From the NCBI GenBank assembly GCA_043803945.1, contig JAZDJN010000044.1, positions 1 to 37,285 on the forward strand: a stretch of 37,285 nucleotides of DNA. Reading direction: 5' to 3'. The number at the start of each line of letters is the position of its first letter. The stretch's first letter is position 1. The notes under the pieces are model-generated. The model made no database searches. It had not been told where the DNA came from and saw only the letters and a program-made list of their open reading frames with translations. This stretch comes from a bacterium. Lineage in GTDB: Bacteria; Bacteroidota; Ignavibacteria; UBA10030. Shown piece after piece: positions 1-8,670 of this stretch. The position numbers were made by a program, and so were the translations under genes.

Positions 1-150
1 CCATTCTATTGCACAAACTAAATCTCAAACCCCCTTCCAGGCTTGAAATGAAACTCAAATTGTAGTGTAAACTTTTGACACCTTTTGCCTCTTATAGCTC
101 AGAATCATCGTTTTTTCTTCACAACTGTCGAACTTGGGCTAGAGGAAGTT

Positions 151-179
151 CTTGTTCATAAGCTGAGCTTATGAACAAG
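151..179. repeat. Perfect 29-bp palindrome (14-1-14); operator-like or tyrosine-recombinase (dif-like) site
   Basis: cttgttcataagct-g-agcttatgaacaag; the arms are exact reverse complements. Function is inferred. Confidence 0.7.
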
Positions 180-218
180 TATTATTTTGGCGGACTTGGC
201 GGTTCATTTTTTTTTGTC

Positions 219-250
219 AAAAAAAAGGCGCCCATCATCAGGCGCCTCTT
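219..250 (-). terminator. Rho-independent terminator for the minus-strand operon ending at 363
   Basis: Stem aggcgcc/ggcgcct with an 8-nt loop, followed on the minus strand by a T8 run. Confidence 0.7.
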
Positions 251-285
251 TGATAACTCTAAATCAACAGAGTATTAATAAAACT

Positions 286-362
286 GCCTCTGTGATCATC
301 AGTGATTTTTCTACGTTCTCTGTGTAATCTGTGTTATCAGTGTAATCAGTGTAATCAGTGGT
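286..362. repeat. Degenerate ~9-bp-period tandem repeat (aatcagtgt-like) abutting a stop codon
   Basis: tgtgtaatctgtgttatcagtgtaatcagtgtaatcagtggt ends just before the stop at 363. Confidence 0.7.
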
Positions 363-1055
363 CTACTTTTCAGCCTTTAGCCGGTCGAGCGATTCTTGGA
401 TGGCTTTCAGTTTCGCGGGCGGCAGTTGTTCAGCGCTTAAGAGAGAATATTCTTTAATCGCTTCATTTTTCAGTTTCATCTTTTCAAACGCAACGGCAAT
501 AAGTAACCGTGAGTCGTAGTCGAGTTTGAGTTCTGGAAATTTGCGCATCGTCTCTTTTGATTTTAAAATTGATGTGGCAAAAAATGCATTGTCAAAAAGG
601 ACTTTGGTGCCGTGAAGCTGCATCGTTCCTACATGGACATCCGATTTCTGTTCGGAATCGCTCTTCGATTTATCCGTTCCGTGGATAATTGTGGCATTCG
701 GCAGTGTCAGGTTCTGATCTTCCCGGGCCGGAACGGAAAGGATATTCTCCATTGCAAGCTTTAGAAGAAAATCTTCCTGATTCAACTGGCGAAGATCGGA
801 AAGATCAATGAGCGAGAGCTCCGGAACAGCGATCATTTTTTTCTGATCCACAATGAGTGAGGCGGAGGCATTTTTACCGGTACGCATGCTATCCTCCGGT
901 TTGAGGACATCGCCGACCTTTACCCGTTTCCATTCCTCAGTGACACCCCTGCGTACCTCGACAATACCCTTCACTGATTTTACCATGAAGGAATTTGCCA
1001 GTACGATGGTTGTGAAAATGCTTGCAAGCAGGATCACACCAATAATAGTTTTCAT
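363..1055 (-). CDS. Secreted FecR-like beta-domain protein with C-terminal TPR-like helices
   Basis: Signal peptide MKTIIGVILLASIFTTIVLA; VKGxVEV..W..vkvGDvL...D.MRTG..ASA.L pattern of FecR-domain proteins; helical C-terminus; purine-rich RBS before ATG 1055. Confidence 0.7.
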   Translation of the reverse strand: MKTIIGVILLASIFTTIVLANSFMVKSVKGIVEVRRGVTEEWKRVKVGDVLKPEDSMRTGKNASASLIVDQKKMIAVPELSLIDLSDLRQLNQEDFLLKLAMENILSVPAREDQNLTLPNATIIHGTDKSKSDSEQKSDVHVGTMQLHGTKVLFDNAFFATSILKSKETMRKFPELKLDYDSRLLIAVAFEKMKLKNEAIKEYSLLSAEQLPPAKLKAIQESLDRLKAEK

Positions 1056-1072
1056 GACTCTTCCTTTCCTCT

Positions 1073-3112
1073 TCAATTATTCGGAATGACATCAACAACT
1101 CTTACCCAGTTACGGACAATTCCATCGCCGATAACCACGGTATTCAAATACTCTTCTGCTCCTACTTCCCATGCTTTCTGAAAACCTTCGGTGATCGCTG
1201 TCGTCTCCAATGGAATCCAAACTGTTTCCTTGCCTTGCTCGTTTTTTCGGATCACATACCGTTTTGGATTTTCACTGACCCGGTCCGATTCGACAACCGG
1301 TATTCCCGTATCAAACAACAGGAAGATATGGGCATCCTGCGGTTTTCCGGGCGGGACAATATCGACAAATGCCGTGCTGATTCCGACACTGATCAGCAGT
1401 GATGAAAAGCAAACCGTCATATCGTCGCAATCGCCGCCGCGCAGGGCAATTGTCTCAGGTGGAAATTGCACCCGATCCTTGCTCAGCTTGGGGTCGTTCA
1501 CATAAGAGAGCCGGCTCGCAAATTCATCAAATAAGAGCGCCGCGGATGTAATCTTCTCCAGAGCCTTTGGTGTTGCTGCCAATGAATCCTTATACTTGCT
1601 TATGACACCTCGTGTGAACCGCAGCACATCGCGATCTTCCGGTGTGACAAAATTGCGCAGCGTATAGATGTTCCCATCCCATTCATTCCGTCCGCGAAAG
1701 ACCACATTCATCTGGAATCGATCATCGTATCCTTCGGCCGGAGCCGCTGAAACAAATACTTCGCCCGCCTTCAGGATCATACTCGAAATCGATGTCACAG
1801 CTTCATTAAAGACCGCTGTGAATGGGATCTCTGCTTCAGCTTTTGGTTCGATAAAGTATGGGCGCGTGACAGTCGGTTTATCCATAAACCGATCGACATA
1901 AAACGAGACTGTCGCTTCGATGGGAGTTCCGGAGATATTGCGTACAAGCGCTTTCCCAATCGGCCAGGAGGCATAATCCTGATAGGAAGAGGGGTAGACA
2001 TCGCTGATGCGGACATTCTCGATCTTCGCCAGAATATCCCGTGTTCGTCCAAGAGCAACATTCACCGATAAGGTAACCTGGTTGTGGGTGAATTGATTAT
2101 AGCCAAGATCCTTTACTCCCGTTGTGAGAAACTGCTGCACTGTGATACTGTCGCGGGCTTCCTGGTTGAAGAAGTACAGATAACTCAAATCGAACTTTGC
2201 GGAGCCATAACTCCATCCGATCCCTGCGCCAAAGCCGGGAAAGAATGGCTGCAGTTTTGCTCCATAGAGCAGGCTGCCGCGTAAGGCGATTGTCTCACTT
2301 GGCGTCCATTCCATGCCGAGTGCTCCCTGCTTCTCCGTATCGAAGTCGAAGGCAAGCGTCATGTCAGATTGATATTTGTATGCAAGGCCCATACGAAGCG
2401 ATTTGATATTTCGTAATCCATATTCGAGTAAATCCTGCGGCAATTCTGTTTCCGTAAAGCGGAAGAGATTTTTTGCCACTGCACCGACTGTGATCGCCGG
2501 TGAATAATTCCACAGGATTCCAAAGTCAAGGTTCCAGCCGCTTGCCGTGAAATCCTTCGTGAGAATCCGCGCCTGCTCGGTAAAGTACTCCGTATCGGTG
2601 ATGAGTTGCTCTCTGAACCGTGCGGAAATTCCGACACCGACCGAAGGAGCAATTTTATAACCATACCCGAGCGCATATTGCTCGCGGTAGGTGATCCGTT
2701 TTTCAGCAGTCACCCTCGGCCCATCCGGAAATTGCAGCGCACTCGGCACAACGAATTCCATTGAGAGACCGGGTGAATAGCTGCCTGCAATAACATGATG
2801 ATCGAGAAATCGTTTTGCACTGCCGGTCGTAAAAAGAGAAATCCCCTTCAAAGGGATATCCCTTCTCAGGGTAGCAAATGTCGACGCGGTCACTTCCCAG
2901 TCCCTCACAGAATTCAATCCTGCGGGGTTCCATTCGATGCTCGTTATATCATTTGCCAGCGCTGTAAACGCACCAAGCGCGGCACCTCGTGCAGAACTAA
3001 CCTGTTGTGCACTGACAGACGACCACACGAGTAGCATCATGAGTATTGACCGGCGAACAAAGAACAATGTTTGTTTGGTGGGGAACACGCAACAAATGCG
3101 CCGTAATACCAA
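1073..3112 (-). CDS. Outer-membrane PorV/FadL-like beta-barrel fused to a C-terminal transglutaminase-like (papain-fold) domain; start uncertain (3112 to 3040)
   Basis: N-terminal SARGAALGAFTALANDITSIEWNPAGL motif, amphipathic beta strands, then GDCDD, AHIF and IPLETT motifs (putative Cys-His-Glu triad). Confidence 0.7.
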   Translation of the reverse strand: MVLRRICCVFPTKQTLFFVRRSILMMLLVWSSVSAQQVSSARGAALGAFTALANDITSIEWNPAGLNSVRDWEVTASTFATLRRDIPLKGISLFTTGSAKRFLDHHVIAGSYSPGLSMEFVVPSALQFPDGPRVTAEKRITYREQYALGYGYKIAPSVGVGISARFREQLITDTEYFTEQARILTKDFTASGWNLDFGILWNYSPAITVGAVAKNLFRFTETELPQDLLEYGLRNIKSLRMGLAYKYQSDMTLAFDFDTEKQGALGMEWTPSETIALRGSLLYGAKLQPFFPGFGAGIGWSYGSAKFDLSYLYFFNQEARDSITVQQFLTTGVKDLGYNQFTHNQVTLSVNVALGRTRDILAKIENVRISDVYPSSYQDYASWPIGKALVRNISGTPIEATVSFYVDRFMDKPTVTRPYFIEPKAEAEIPFTAVFNEAVTSISSMILKAGEVFVSAAPAEGYDDRFQMNVVFRGRNEWDGNIYTLRNFVTPEDRDVLRFTRGVISKYKDSLAATPKALEKITSAALLFDEFASRLSYVNDPKLSKDRVQFPPETIALRGGDCDDMTVCFSSLLISVGISTAFVDIVPPGKPQDAHIFLLFDTGIPVVESDRVSENPKRYVIRKNEQGKETVWIPLETTAITEGFQKAWEVGAEEYLNTVVIGDGIVRNWVRVVDVIPNN

Positions 3113-3187
3113 AATATTGAACTATGTTTAGTTAATAAGGTTTTTTATCTTCTCTGAGAATTTCTCCTCAAAAAGGCTGACCAGCAA

Positions 3188-4123
3188 TTACTTTAACCAA
3201 AGAATAATGTTGTGAATTGAAGAGGCCTGAATGAGAACCTTTTCCTCCAGACCGCCATCGACAATCCTCTTCACTTTCCTATTCGACGAGATAAAAGACA
3301 GCATATACCGATTATTCGGGCTCTGTTCTAGTGCCTGCAATGCCTTTGATGGAATTGTTATTGAATTTGATCCACTCTGGACCTGAATCTTCATGACCGG
3401 TTTGACAACGAGGTGATTGGTCGGGCTGAAAATACTCATCACCACCTGAAATGATTCCCCGATAGCTCCACTCCAACGCACCGTCAAGTTCTCCTTCTTC
3501 ACGATGACCGAATTTGATTGCGGTTCAGTGACGGTAATATCGGAAGGTGCATCGATTTCCTCAGAGATGGTGACCGTTGAATAGCGGCCTTTTGCCAGAA
3601 AAGAATAGTGACCTTGTGGATTGTATATCTTTTTCTGAGCTCCAATCTTATCATGCCCAATGGAGTCGTATGTTCTGCCACTCGAGATTGGTAGAGGAAG
3701 AGAAAAATGCACTGTTCTATAGGGCCGGGTGACCGCGGGAAGATTGAATGTATCTTCACCGCGTCTCAATTGCGCAATATCCATCGGCATCCCGTTATAG
3801 TCTTTCACCTTCCCTTCATTGACGATGGGTCTGTTTCTCCAATTCATAAATATTCTGGAGAAGGAGAACGTTTCCCTTCCAGTTGATAAATCAGACTTCA
3901 CCCCATTCACCAATAACAATGCACCATACTCTTTCTCTTCGTTGTAGAGCACACCGGTTGTATCGATTGATGAATCCAATATTGCTAAAGAATCAATCTC
4001 AACAATTTGGGATGCCTGGAGGACTTGATCAGGATTGTCGAGTGTCAACTCCACCGGCATCTGTTCCTGACAGCCGACCAGCCACAGGGATGTAACGACA
4101 AGAATAATACTCCATTTACGCAT
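3188..4123 (-). CDS. Hypothetical lipoprotein
   Basis: MRKWSIILVVTSLWLVG-C lipobox; 311 aa; beta-rich C-terminal region. Confidence 0.75.
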   Translation of the reverse strand: MRKWSIILVVTSLWLVGCQEQMPVELTLDNPDQVLQASQIVEIDSLAILDSSIDTTGVLYNEEKEYGALLLVNGVKSDLSTGRETFSFSRIFMNWRNRPIVNEGKVKDYNGMPMDIAQLRRGEDTFNLPAVTRPYRTVHFSLPLPISSGRTYDSIGHDKIGAQKKIYNPQGHYSFLAKGRYSTVTISEEIDAPSDITVTEPQSNSVIVKKENLTVRWSGAIGESFQVVMSIFSPTNHLVVKPVMKIQVQSGSNSITIPSKALQALEQSPNNRYMLSFISSNRKVKRIVDGGLEEKVLIQASSIHNIILWLK

Positions 4124-4287
4124 AGGTTATCGCTCGCTACCAGTTGTAATATACGAAATTGTGGAGGATTCCAAAACGTTTGAAGTCAACTCAGGAGAGA
4201 AAACCAGGAGAGAATTGTCGATTAGCACACCTTGTTCGATTCTTGAAGTCATTGCGAGTACTTACCGCATTTTCAATGAGTTGAGAT

Positions 4288-4327
4288 AAAAAAACTGGCT
4301 CCCGCCGTTCCCCGGAACGGGAGCCAG
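4288..4327 (-). terminator. Rho-independent terminator after the 4344..5159 gene
   Basis: Stem ctggctcccg/cgggagccag followed by T7 on the minus strand. Confidence 0.8.
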
Positions 4328-4343
4328 ATGGGTACCGAAAGAT

Positions 4344-5159
4344 TTACTGCACTACATACGGTAGCCCCAAAAAACTCGTAGAAACAGGTGCATCAGAAAT
4401 ACATAATGTCTCACGCGTGATCGCATCGACAATTGCATGATAGACGCCAGGTTGAGGACGAGTCCAGACACGATCTTCATACGTGTGAAGGTAGTGTCTC
4501 CCCGTTCGATTTTCAGATCGGAATGGCAAAATTCCCCGGTAATTCCACGAACCAAATCCGGAGCGGAGGACCATCATATTCGGTTCCAAACTGCGGGAGT
4601 GAAGTTTCACCGTCACATTCACCATCGACTCTGCGTCGACCGTTGCGATGCGAGGATCATTCTGGCCGAAGGGCCATACCTGCTCTTCAACTCCCTTGAT
4701 GGAAATCTTTTCGCCCGACGAAAGCTCCAGCCTGATTTCATCGATCGACACGTTTTGATCTTCCGTACCTCCCTTGACCACCGAGACAGCGCTGAGTTTC
4801 CAATTCTTCGAAGGGTCTTTCGTTTCAGCAATTCGTCTGAAATGCGCTTTCCGCTTGCTAAATTCAGTGAATGGTTTGGAAAGATTCATCATTCGAACAC
4901 GTGCGCTGACTTGATATGGTGCGCTGCTCCTCAGAATTCCTTTGATGGTTCGCTGTATCGTTGCGATAACGTCGCGATCACCGGTTTCGTCGAACGTGAT
5001 ATTCTTCGAGGCGTTCTGGATTACCCTGCCCCACTTCAAGGGATATCCAAATTCAGAAACCATCTTTACTTCGCCGTCATTCAGAGGCTGAACGTCGCCA
5101 TTCAGCAGGCTGCTGTTTTCGATGAAGGTTTCCAAATATTTTTTGTCTCGAGGATTCAC
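4344..5159 (-). CDS. Hypothetical protein, probable sigma54-controlled monocistronic gene
   Basis: 271-aa ORF with GTG start, bounded by a -24/-12 promoter upstream and an intrinsic terminator downstream. Confidence 0.65.
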   Translation of the reverse strand: MNPRDKKYLETFIENSSLLNGDVQPLNDGEVKMVSEFGYPLKWGRVIQNASKNITFDETGDRDVIATIQRTIKGILRSSAPYQVSARVRMMNLSKPFTEFSKRKAHFRRIAETKDPSKNWKLSAVSVVKGGTEDQNVSIDEIRLELSSGEKISIKGVEEQVWPFGQNDPRIATVDAESMVNVTVKLHSRSLEPNMMVLRSGFGSWNYRGILPFRSENRTGRHYLHTYEDRVWTRPQPGVYHAIVDAITRETLCISDAPVSTSFLGLPYVVQ

Positions 5160-5196
5160 GTTGAACTTTCATTGAATAATTTCTTGAGAATACTTA

Positions 5197-5212
5197 TCCA
5201 ACTACTATGCCA
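5197..5212 (-). promoter_or_regulatory. Sigma54 (-24/-12) promoter
   Basis: Minus strand TGGCATAGTAGTTGGA versus consensus TGGCACG-N4-TTGCW: exact spacing, G in place of the -12 C; next to a bEBP gene. Confidence 0.65.
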
Positions 5213-5250
5213 GAAGGATTAAGGAAACCAACCCGGAAGCCTGGAAAGGA

Positions 5251-5263
5251 TAACACATTGATT
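5251..5263 (-). promoter_or_regulatory. IHF-like binding site
   Basis: Minus strand AATCAATGTGTTA matches WATCAANNNNTTR and lies between the promoter and the putative UAS. Confidence 0.5.
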
Positions 5264-5281
5264 ATTAAGGGATTACCATAT

Positions 5282-5368
5282 CCCGGCAGTATTGCTTAAG
5301 GAAATGCCGGAGAGCATGAAGTGCCGGAATTCTCACATAGAACTGCCGGAATCACTTTCTCCGGCAGT
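5282..5368. promoter_or_regulatory. Putative upstream activator sequences (TGCCGGA repeats)
   Basis: tgccgga at 5305, 5322 and 5344; inverted copies at 5282 and 5360; perfect inverted repeat actgccgga-N9-tccggcagt at 5342-5368. Confidence 0.55.
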
Positions 5369-5394
5369 CAAATCTTGCAGTTTTTACAACATCG

Positions 5395-5545
5395 ACCGCA
5401 GATTACACTGATTACGAAGATTATCACAGATTAGCGTAATCGGCTGTCCACAAATCAGTAAGTATCAATCGAAACAGTTTAATCAGTGTACCACAAATCA
5501 GTGAGTATCGGTCATCAGTGGTCATCTGTGGTCTTCAGTGGTCCA
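5395..5545. repeat. Inverted array of ~9-bp repeats (acactgatt / aatcagtgt) overlapping the 3' end of the bEBP gene
   Basis: Left arm cgcagattacactgattacgaagattatcacagatt; right arm aatcagtgt...gtcatcagtggtcatctgtggtcttcagtgg. Confidence 0.65.
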
Positions 5546-8161
5546 TTGGCGGGAGAGATAGGCCCTGAGGACTTCATCGAGAATGGTGTGATACCGCTGG
5601 GGTAGATTCTTATACTTCGATTTCAGCGTAAGTTTCAATTCCTCAAGGGGAAGGTCAATCGGGATTCCCTCTACGACGTTTGCCAGATACTCTGAGAGTT
5701 TCTTTCTCACACGGTCATTGGTCTCGGCATCTTCAGATTTGGAGATTGCCCGTACGGTACGTTCATGATCCCAGAGGTTTTCAAAGAAAAACTGGAAACA
5801 AAGTCCGCGGAAGTATTCGGCAACCGTTCCGCGGTGCATTCCTCCAAGCTCTTCCGCAGTTTCCGAAATTGAACTCCGGGAGAATTTTTTCACACGGAGG
5901 GATTCCAGAATTTGATCGGCAAGATCGACCTGGCCCTTGATCGCATTGGCGATCTGCTCCGGCAGGTCACGCAGTTGAAGTAGTGTCCGTTTCTCCGACC
6001 TGGCAAAAATAACTGCCCGTTTGATCGTGCTCTCCAGTTCCCGCACATTCCCCGGCCAGCGATATTGAAGAAACGAATCCATCACCGTTGTAGAAAGCGA
6101 CAGTCCTGCAGCTTCTCGCCGGACAAAGAATTCAGCAAGGAGGGAGATGTCGGTTTTTCGATCGCGTAATGGGGGGAGTTCGACGCTGAAGACATTGAGG
6201 CGATAATAGAGATCCTCCCGGAACCGTTTCGCGTCCATGAGTTCTTTTACATTTTTATTGGTCGCCGCGATAATCCGGGTGTTCACCTTTTTTGTAACGT
6301 TCGACCCCACCCGTTCGAACTCTCCATATTGCACCACACGCAGCAGCTTCACCTGAAAGGATTCGCTCGTCTCGGCAATCTCATCAAGAAAAATCGTTCC
6401 CCCGTCTGCCGACTCGAATCGTCCCATCTTGTCTTTTATGGCTCCGGTGAATGAGCCTTTCTCGTGGCCGAAGAGCTCGCTTTCAAGCAATGACTCTGTC
6501 AACGCACCGCAATTCACTGCAATGAAAGCTTTCTGTTTTCGAGTGCTCAGGTTGTGAATGGCGTGAGCGACCAGTTCCTTCCCAGTCCCGCTTTCTCCAA
6601 GAATCAGAACATTCGCATCGCTCGATGAAAGTTTCTGGACGAGTGAGACGATCTCCTTCATCTTGCCGGAAGTGTGATAGATGAGGCCTTCAAACTCCGC
6701 CTTTTCATTCTGCTGCTCTACTTCCACCGCATCGTACTTCACAAGGTCGCTCACCTGTGCAGAGAGCGTCTTAATGTCCTGCTTATAGCGGCGAATCTCA
6801 TCGAGCAGTTCGGTCCCGCGGCCCGATTGATCCGGAGAGGAATGATTGAGAAGTTCTTTTTCGAGCGTTTGCAGCTTCAACTCTCTTGCCCGCAATTCTG
6901 ATTCGATAGAATTCTTTTCATGTTCGAGCAGTGAGACACGGTCGCGGGCACCGATGAAGTAATACGTAAGACCGCCTATCATCACGAACAGAACGACGAA
7001 CATCGGTTGGACCATAGGAAGCACAAGCCACGACGTTGCGAAGGCAGTGTGCGACACTGCAAGGTAAATCAGGACAACAATAACACTCCCCAAAAGTGCG
7101 GTGATCGTTTTCCAGCGAAGGAGAAGAATGGTACAGAGGGATCCCAGAAGGAGTGTAATTATTGATTCCAGCCAGAGAGGAAATCTCTGCAGGAATGATC
7201 CTTGAAGTCCATTATGGACGAATGTCGCATGCAATCCCAGAGAGGGAAATTGTTCGGTGAAGGGGGTGATATAGAATGGAACACCTCTTCCCTTTGCAAT
7301 TACGCCGACCAGAACTATTTTCCCCTGCAGGATCGAGAGATCAATTGTTGGAGTTAAGCCGTACTTCTGCAGCTCATAGGAGCGCATCACTTCAACACAG
7401 CGCAATTTTCGGAAGGAATCCAGAGATCCGGGGATGTTCAACGTAACGGTTCCGGAGTTATCGGGTGAGAGCTTCTTCACACCCTCAGAGGTTCTGATTG
7501 AGAGTATACCATCATCAAGAAAGAGATCGGAGCGCTGAGCTCCAAAGTAGATCCGCAGAACCTCTAATGCAAACGATGGGACCGCACCATTCCCATAGCG
7601 AAGATAAAGAGGGATCCGGTCAGAGCGTTCTTCTGCGAGGTTCACATGACCGATTCCCGCCGCCCTATGGACCAGTGAGTCGAGCGGTTTGAAGAGTGGG
7701 TTTCCCCATCTGCCGCGATCGAGCCCTTTTAAATAGGCCAGGCTCTCCAGTCCATCGGTATTTTTTAATTCCGTATCAGATACTTTTGAAAAATAGCAGG
7801 TTAGAACAGTTTTGCCGGATCGTTCAATCGTCGTTTGGAGAAGGTGATCGTACTCTGGAAACTGGAGGTTCGGTTCTCCGAAGAATGTCTCAATCCCAAT
7901 AGCACGCACATTGTTCTTGGTTAAGACATCGAGCAGCAATGCATAGTACGATCGGGGGAGAGGCCAATTTTTAAGCTTGGCAATATCATCCTCATCGAAA
8001 TAGAGCAGCACGATATTCGAATCGGCCGGTGCCTGACCACGAAGTTCATACCGCAATCCGGTGATTTCGTTTTCCAGCTTTGAGAAGGGGGAAGAGAGAA
8101 CAAGCGAGAGCAGTACAATGCCGATCACGACAGCGAAAGCAACGAAATATTTATGATTCAT
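5522..8161 (-). CDS. Membrane CHASE2-sensor / sigma54-dependent enhancer-binding protein fusion
   Basis: N-terminal TM; CHASE2-like [36 protein letters not shown] motifs; 3 TMs; coiled coil; Walker [24 protein letters not shown], Walker [16 protein letters not shown]. Start set at ATG 8161 because the longer ORF runs through the tRNA. Confidence 0.9.
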   Translation of the reverse strand: MNHKYFVAFAVVIGIVLLSLVLSSPFSKLENEITGLRYELRGQAPADSNIVLLYFDEDDIAKLKNWPLPRSYYALLLDVLTKNNVRAIGIETFFGEPNLQFPEYDHLLQTTIERSGKTVLTCYFSKVSDTELKNTDGLESLAYLKGLDRGRWGNPLFKPLDSLVHRAAGIGHVNLAEERSDRIPLYLRYGNGAVPSFALEVLRIYFGAQRSDLFLDDGILSIRTSEGVKKLSPDNSGTVTLNIPGSLDSFRKLRCVEVMRSYELQKYGLTPTIDLSILQGKIVLVGVIAKGRGVPFYITPFTEQFPSLGLHATFVHNGLQGSFLQRFPLWLESIITLLLGSLCTILLLRWKTITALLGSVIVVLIYLAVSHTAFATSWLVLPMVQPMFVVLFVMIGGLTYYFIGARDRVSLLEHEKNSIESELRARELKLQTLEKELLNHSSPDQSGRGTELLDEIRRYKQDIKTLSAQVSDLVKYDAVEVEQQNEKAEFEGLIYHTSGKMKEIVSLVQKLSSSDANVLILGESGTGKELVAHAIHNLSTRKQKAFIAVNCGALTESLLESELFGHEKGSFTGAIKDKMGRFESADGGTIFLDEIAETSESFQVKLLRVVQYGEFERVGSNVTKKVNTRIIAATNKNVKELMDAKRFREDLYYRLNVFSVELPPLRDRKTDISLLAEFFVRREAAGLSLSTTVMDSFLQYRWPGNVRELESTIKRAVIFARSEKRTLLQLRDLPEQIANAIKGQVDLADQILESLRVKKFSRSSISETAEELGGMHRGTVAEYFRGLCFQFFFENLWDHERTVRAISKSEDAETNDRVRKKLSEYLANVVEGIPIDLPLEELKLTLKSKYKNLPQRYHTILDEVLRAYLSRQWTTEDHR

Positions 8162-8179
8162 AAATTCTAGAAAGGTTAC

Positions 8180-8256
8180 TGGTGACCCCACCGTGACTCG
8201 AACACGGAACCTACAGCTTAGAAGGCTGTTGCTCTGTCCACTTGAGCTATGGGGCC
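8180..8256 (-). tRNA. tRNA-Arg (anticodon UCU), 77 nt, CCA encoded
   Basis: ggccccatagctcaagtggacagagcaacagcct-TCT-aagctgtaggttccgtgttcgagtcacggtggggtcacca; cloverleaf with GTTCGA T-loop. Confidence 0.95.
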
Positions 8257-8367
8257 AAACACTGATCTTCAGATCCCGACATCGTTTCACTCGTCGGGAT
8301 GCTCAAAACAACTTCCACTCGTAAACAACACTCGTGGGTTGTTTTGGCACTTGAGCTATGGGGCCAA
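8257..8367 (-). repeat. Duplicated tRNA 5' end followed by two hairpins (pseudo-tRNA or REP-like insertion)
   Basis: 20-bp direct repeat cacttgagctatggggccaa at 8239-8258 and 8348-8367; hairpins at 8273-8300 and 8304-8346. Confidence 0.8.
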
Positions 8368-8670
8368 TGAAATTCTTCCGAAAACAACAAATCCGTGGTT
8401 CTAAATACCCGTCTGAAGTCTCGTTTTGCTTGTGGTCTTAAGGATTTCGTAGATTTAATTGTCAATATAAGCGAACAAAGAGAATTAATCAACGAAGGAA
8501 AGAGTGAAACAATTTCTCAGATTTACGTCTATTTATAACCGAAATCATTAGTACTATTTTACCTTTAGTATATAATCCTTTTAAACCTTGTATCAGATAT
8601 CCCTCTTTGCTAACGGATGAAGCGTGTAGTATTACAAAGGGGCCGAAAATAAGTTTAATAGAAAGTCTCA

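Noticed and set aside
1-30. Possible minus-strand gene start (TTG after GGAAGGGGG) leaving the window
   Set aside because: Fewer than ten codons visible; cannot be supported
286-362. Possible CRISPR array (also 5395-5545)
   Set aside because: Units are ~9 bp and degenerate with no unique spacers; no cas genes
4437-5222. 261-aa plus-strand ORF
   Set aside because: Antisense shadow of 4344..5159, which has a promoter and terminator on the minus strand; no motifs
8162-8290. 43-aa N-terminal extension of the bEBP in the ORF track
   Set aside because: It runs through the tRNA-Arg gene; ATG 8161 directly precedes the first TM
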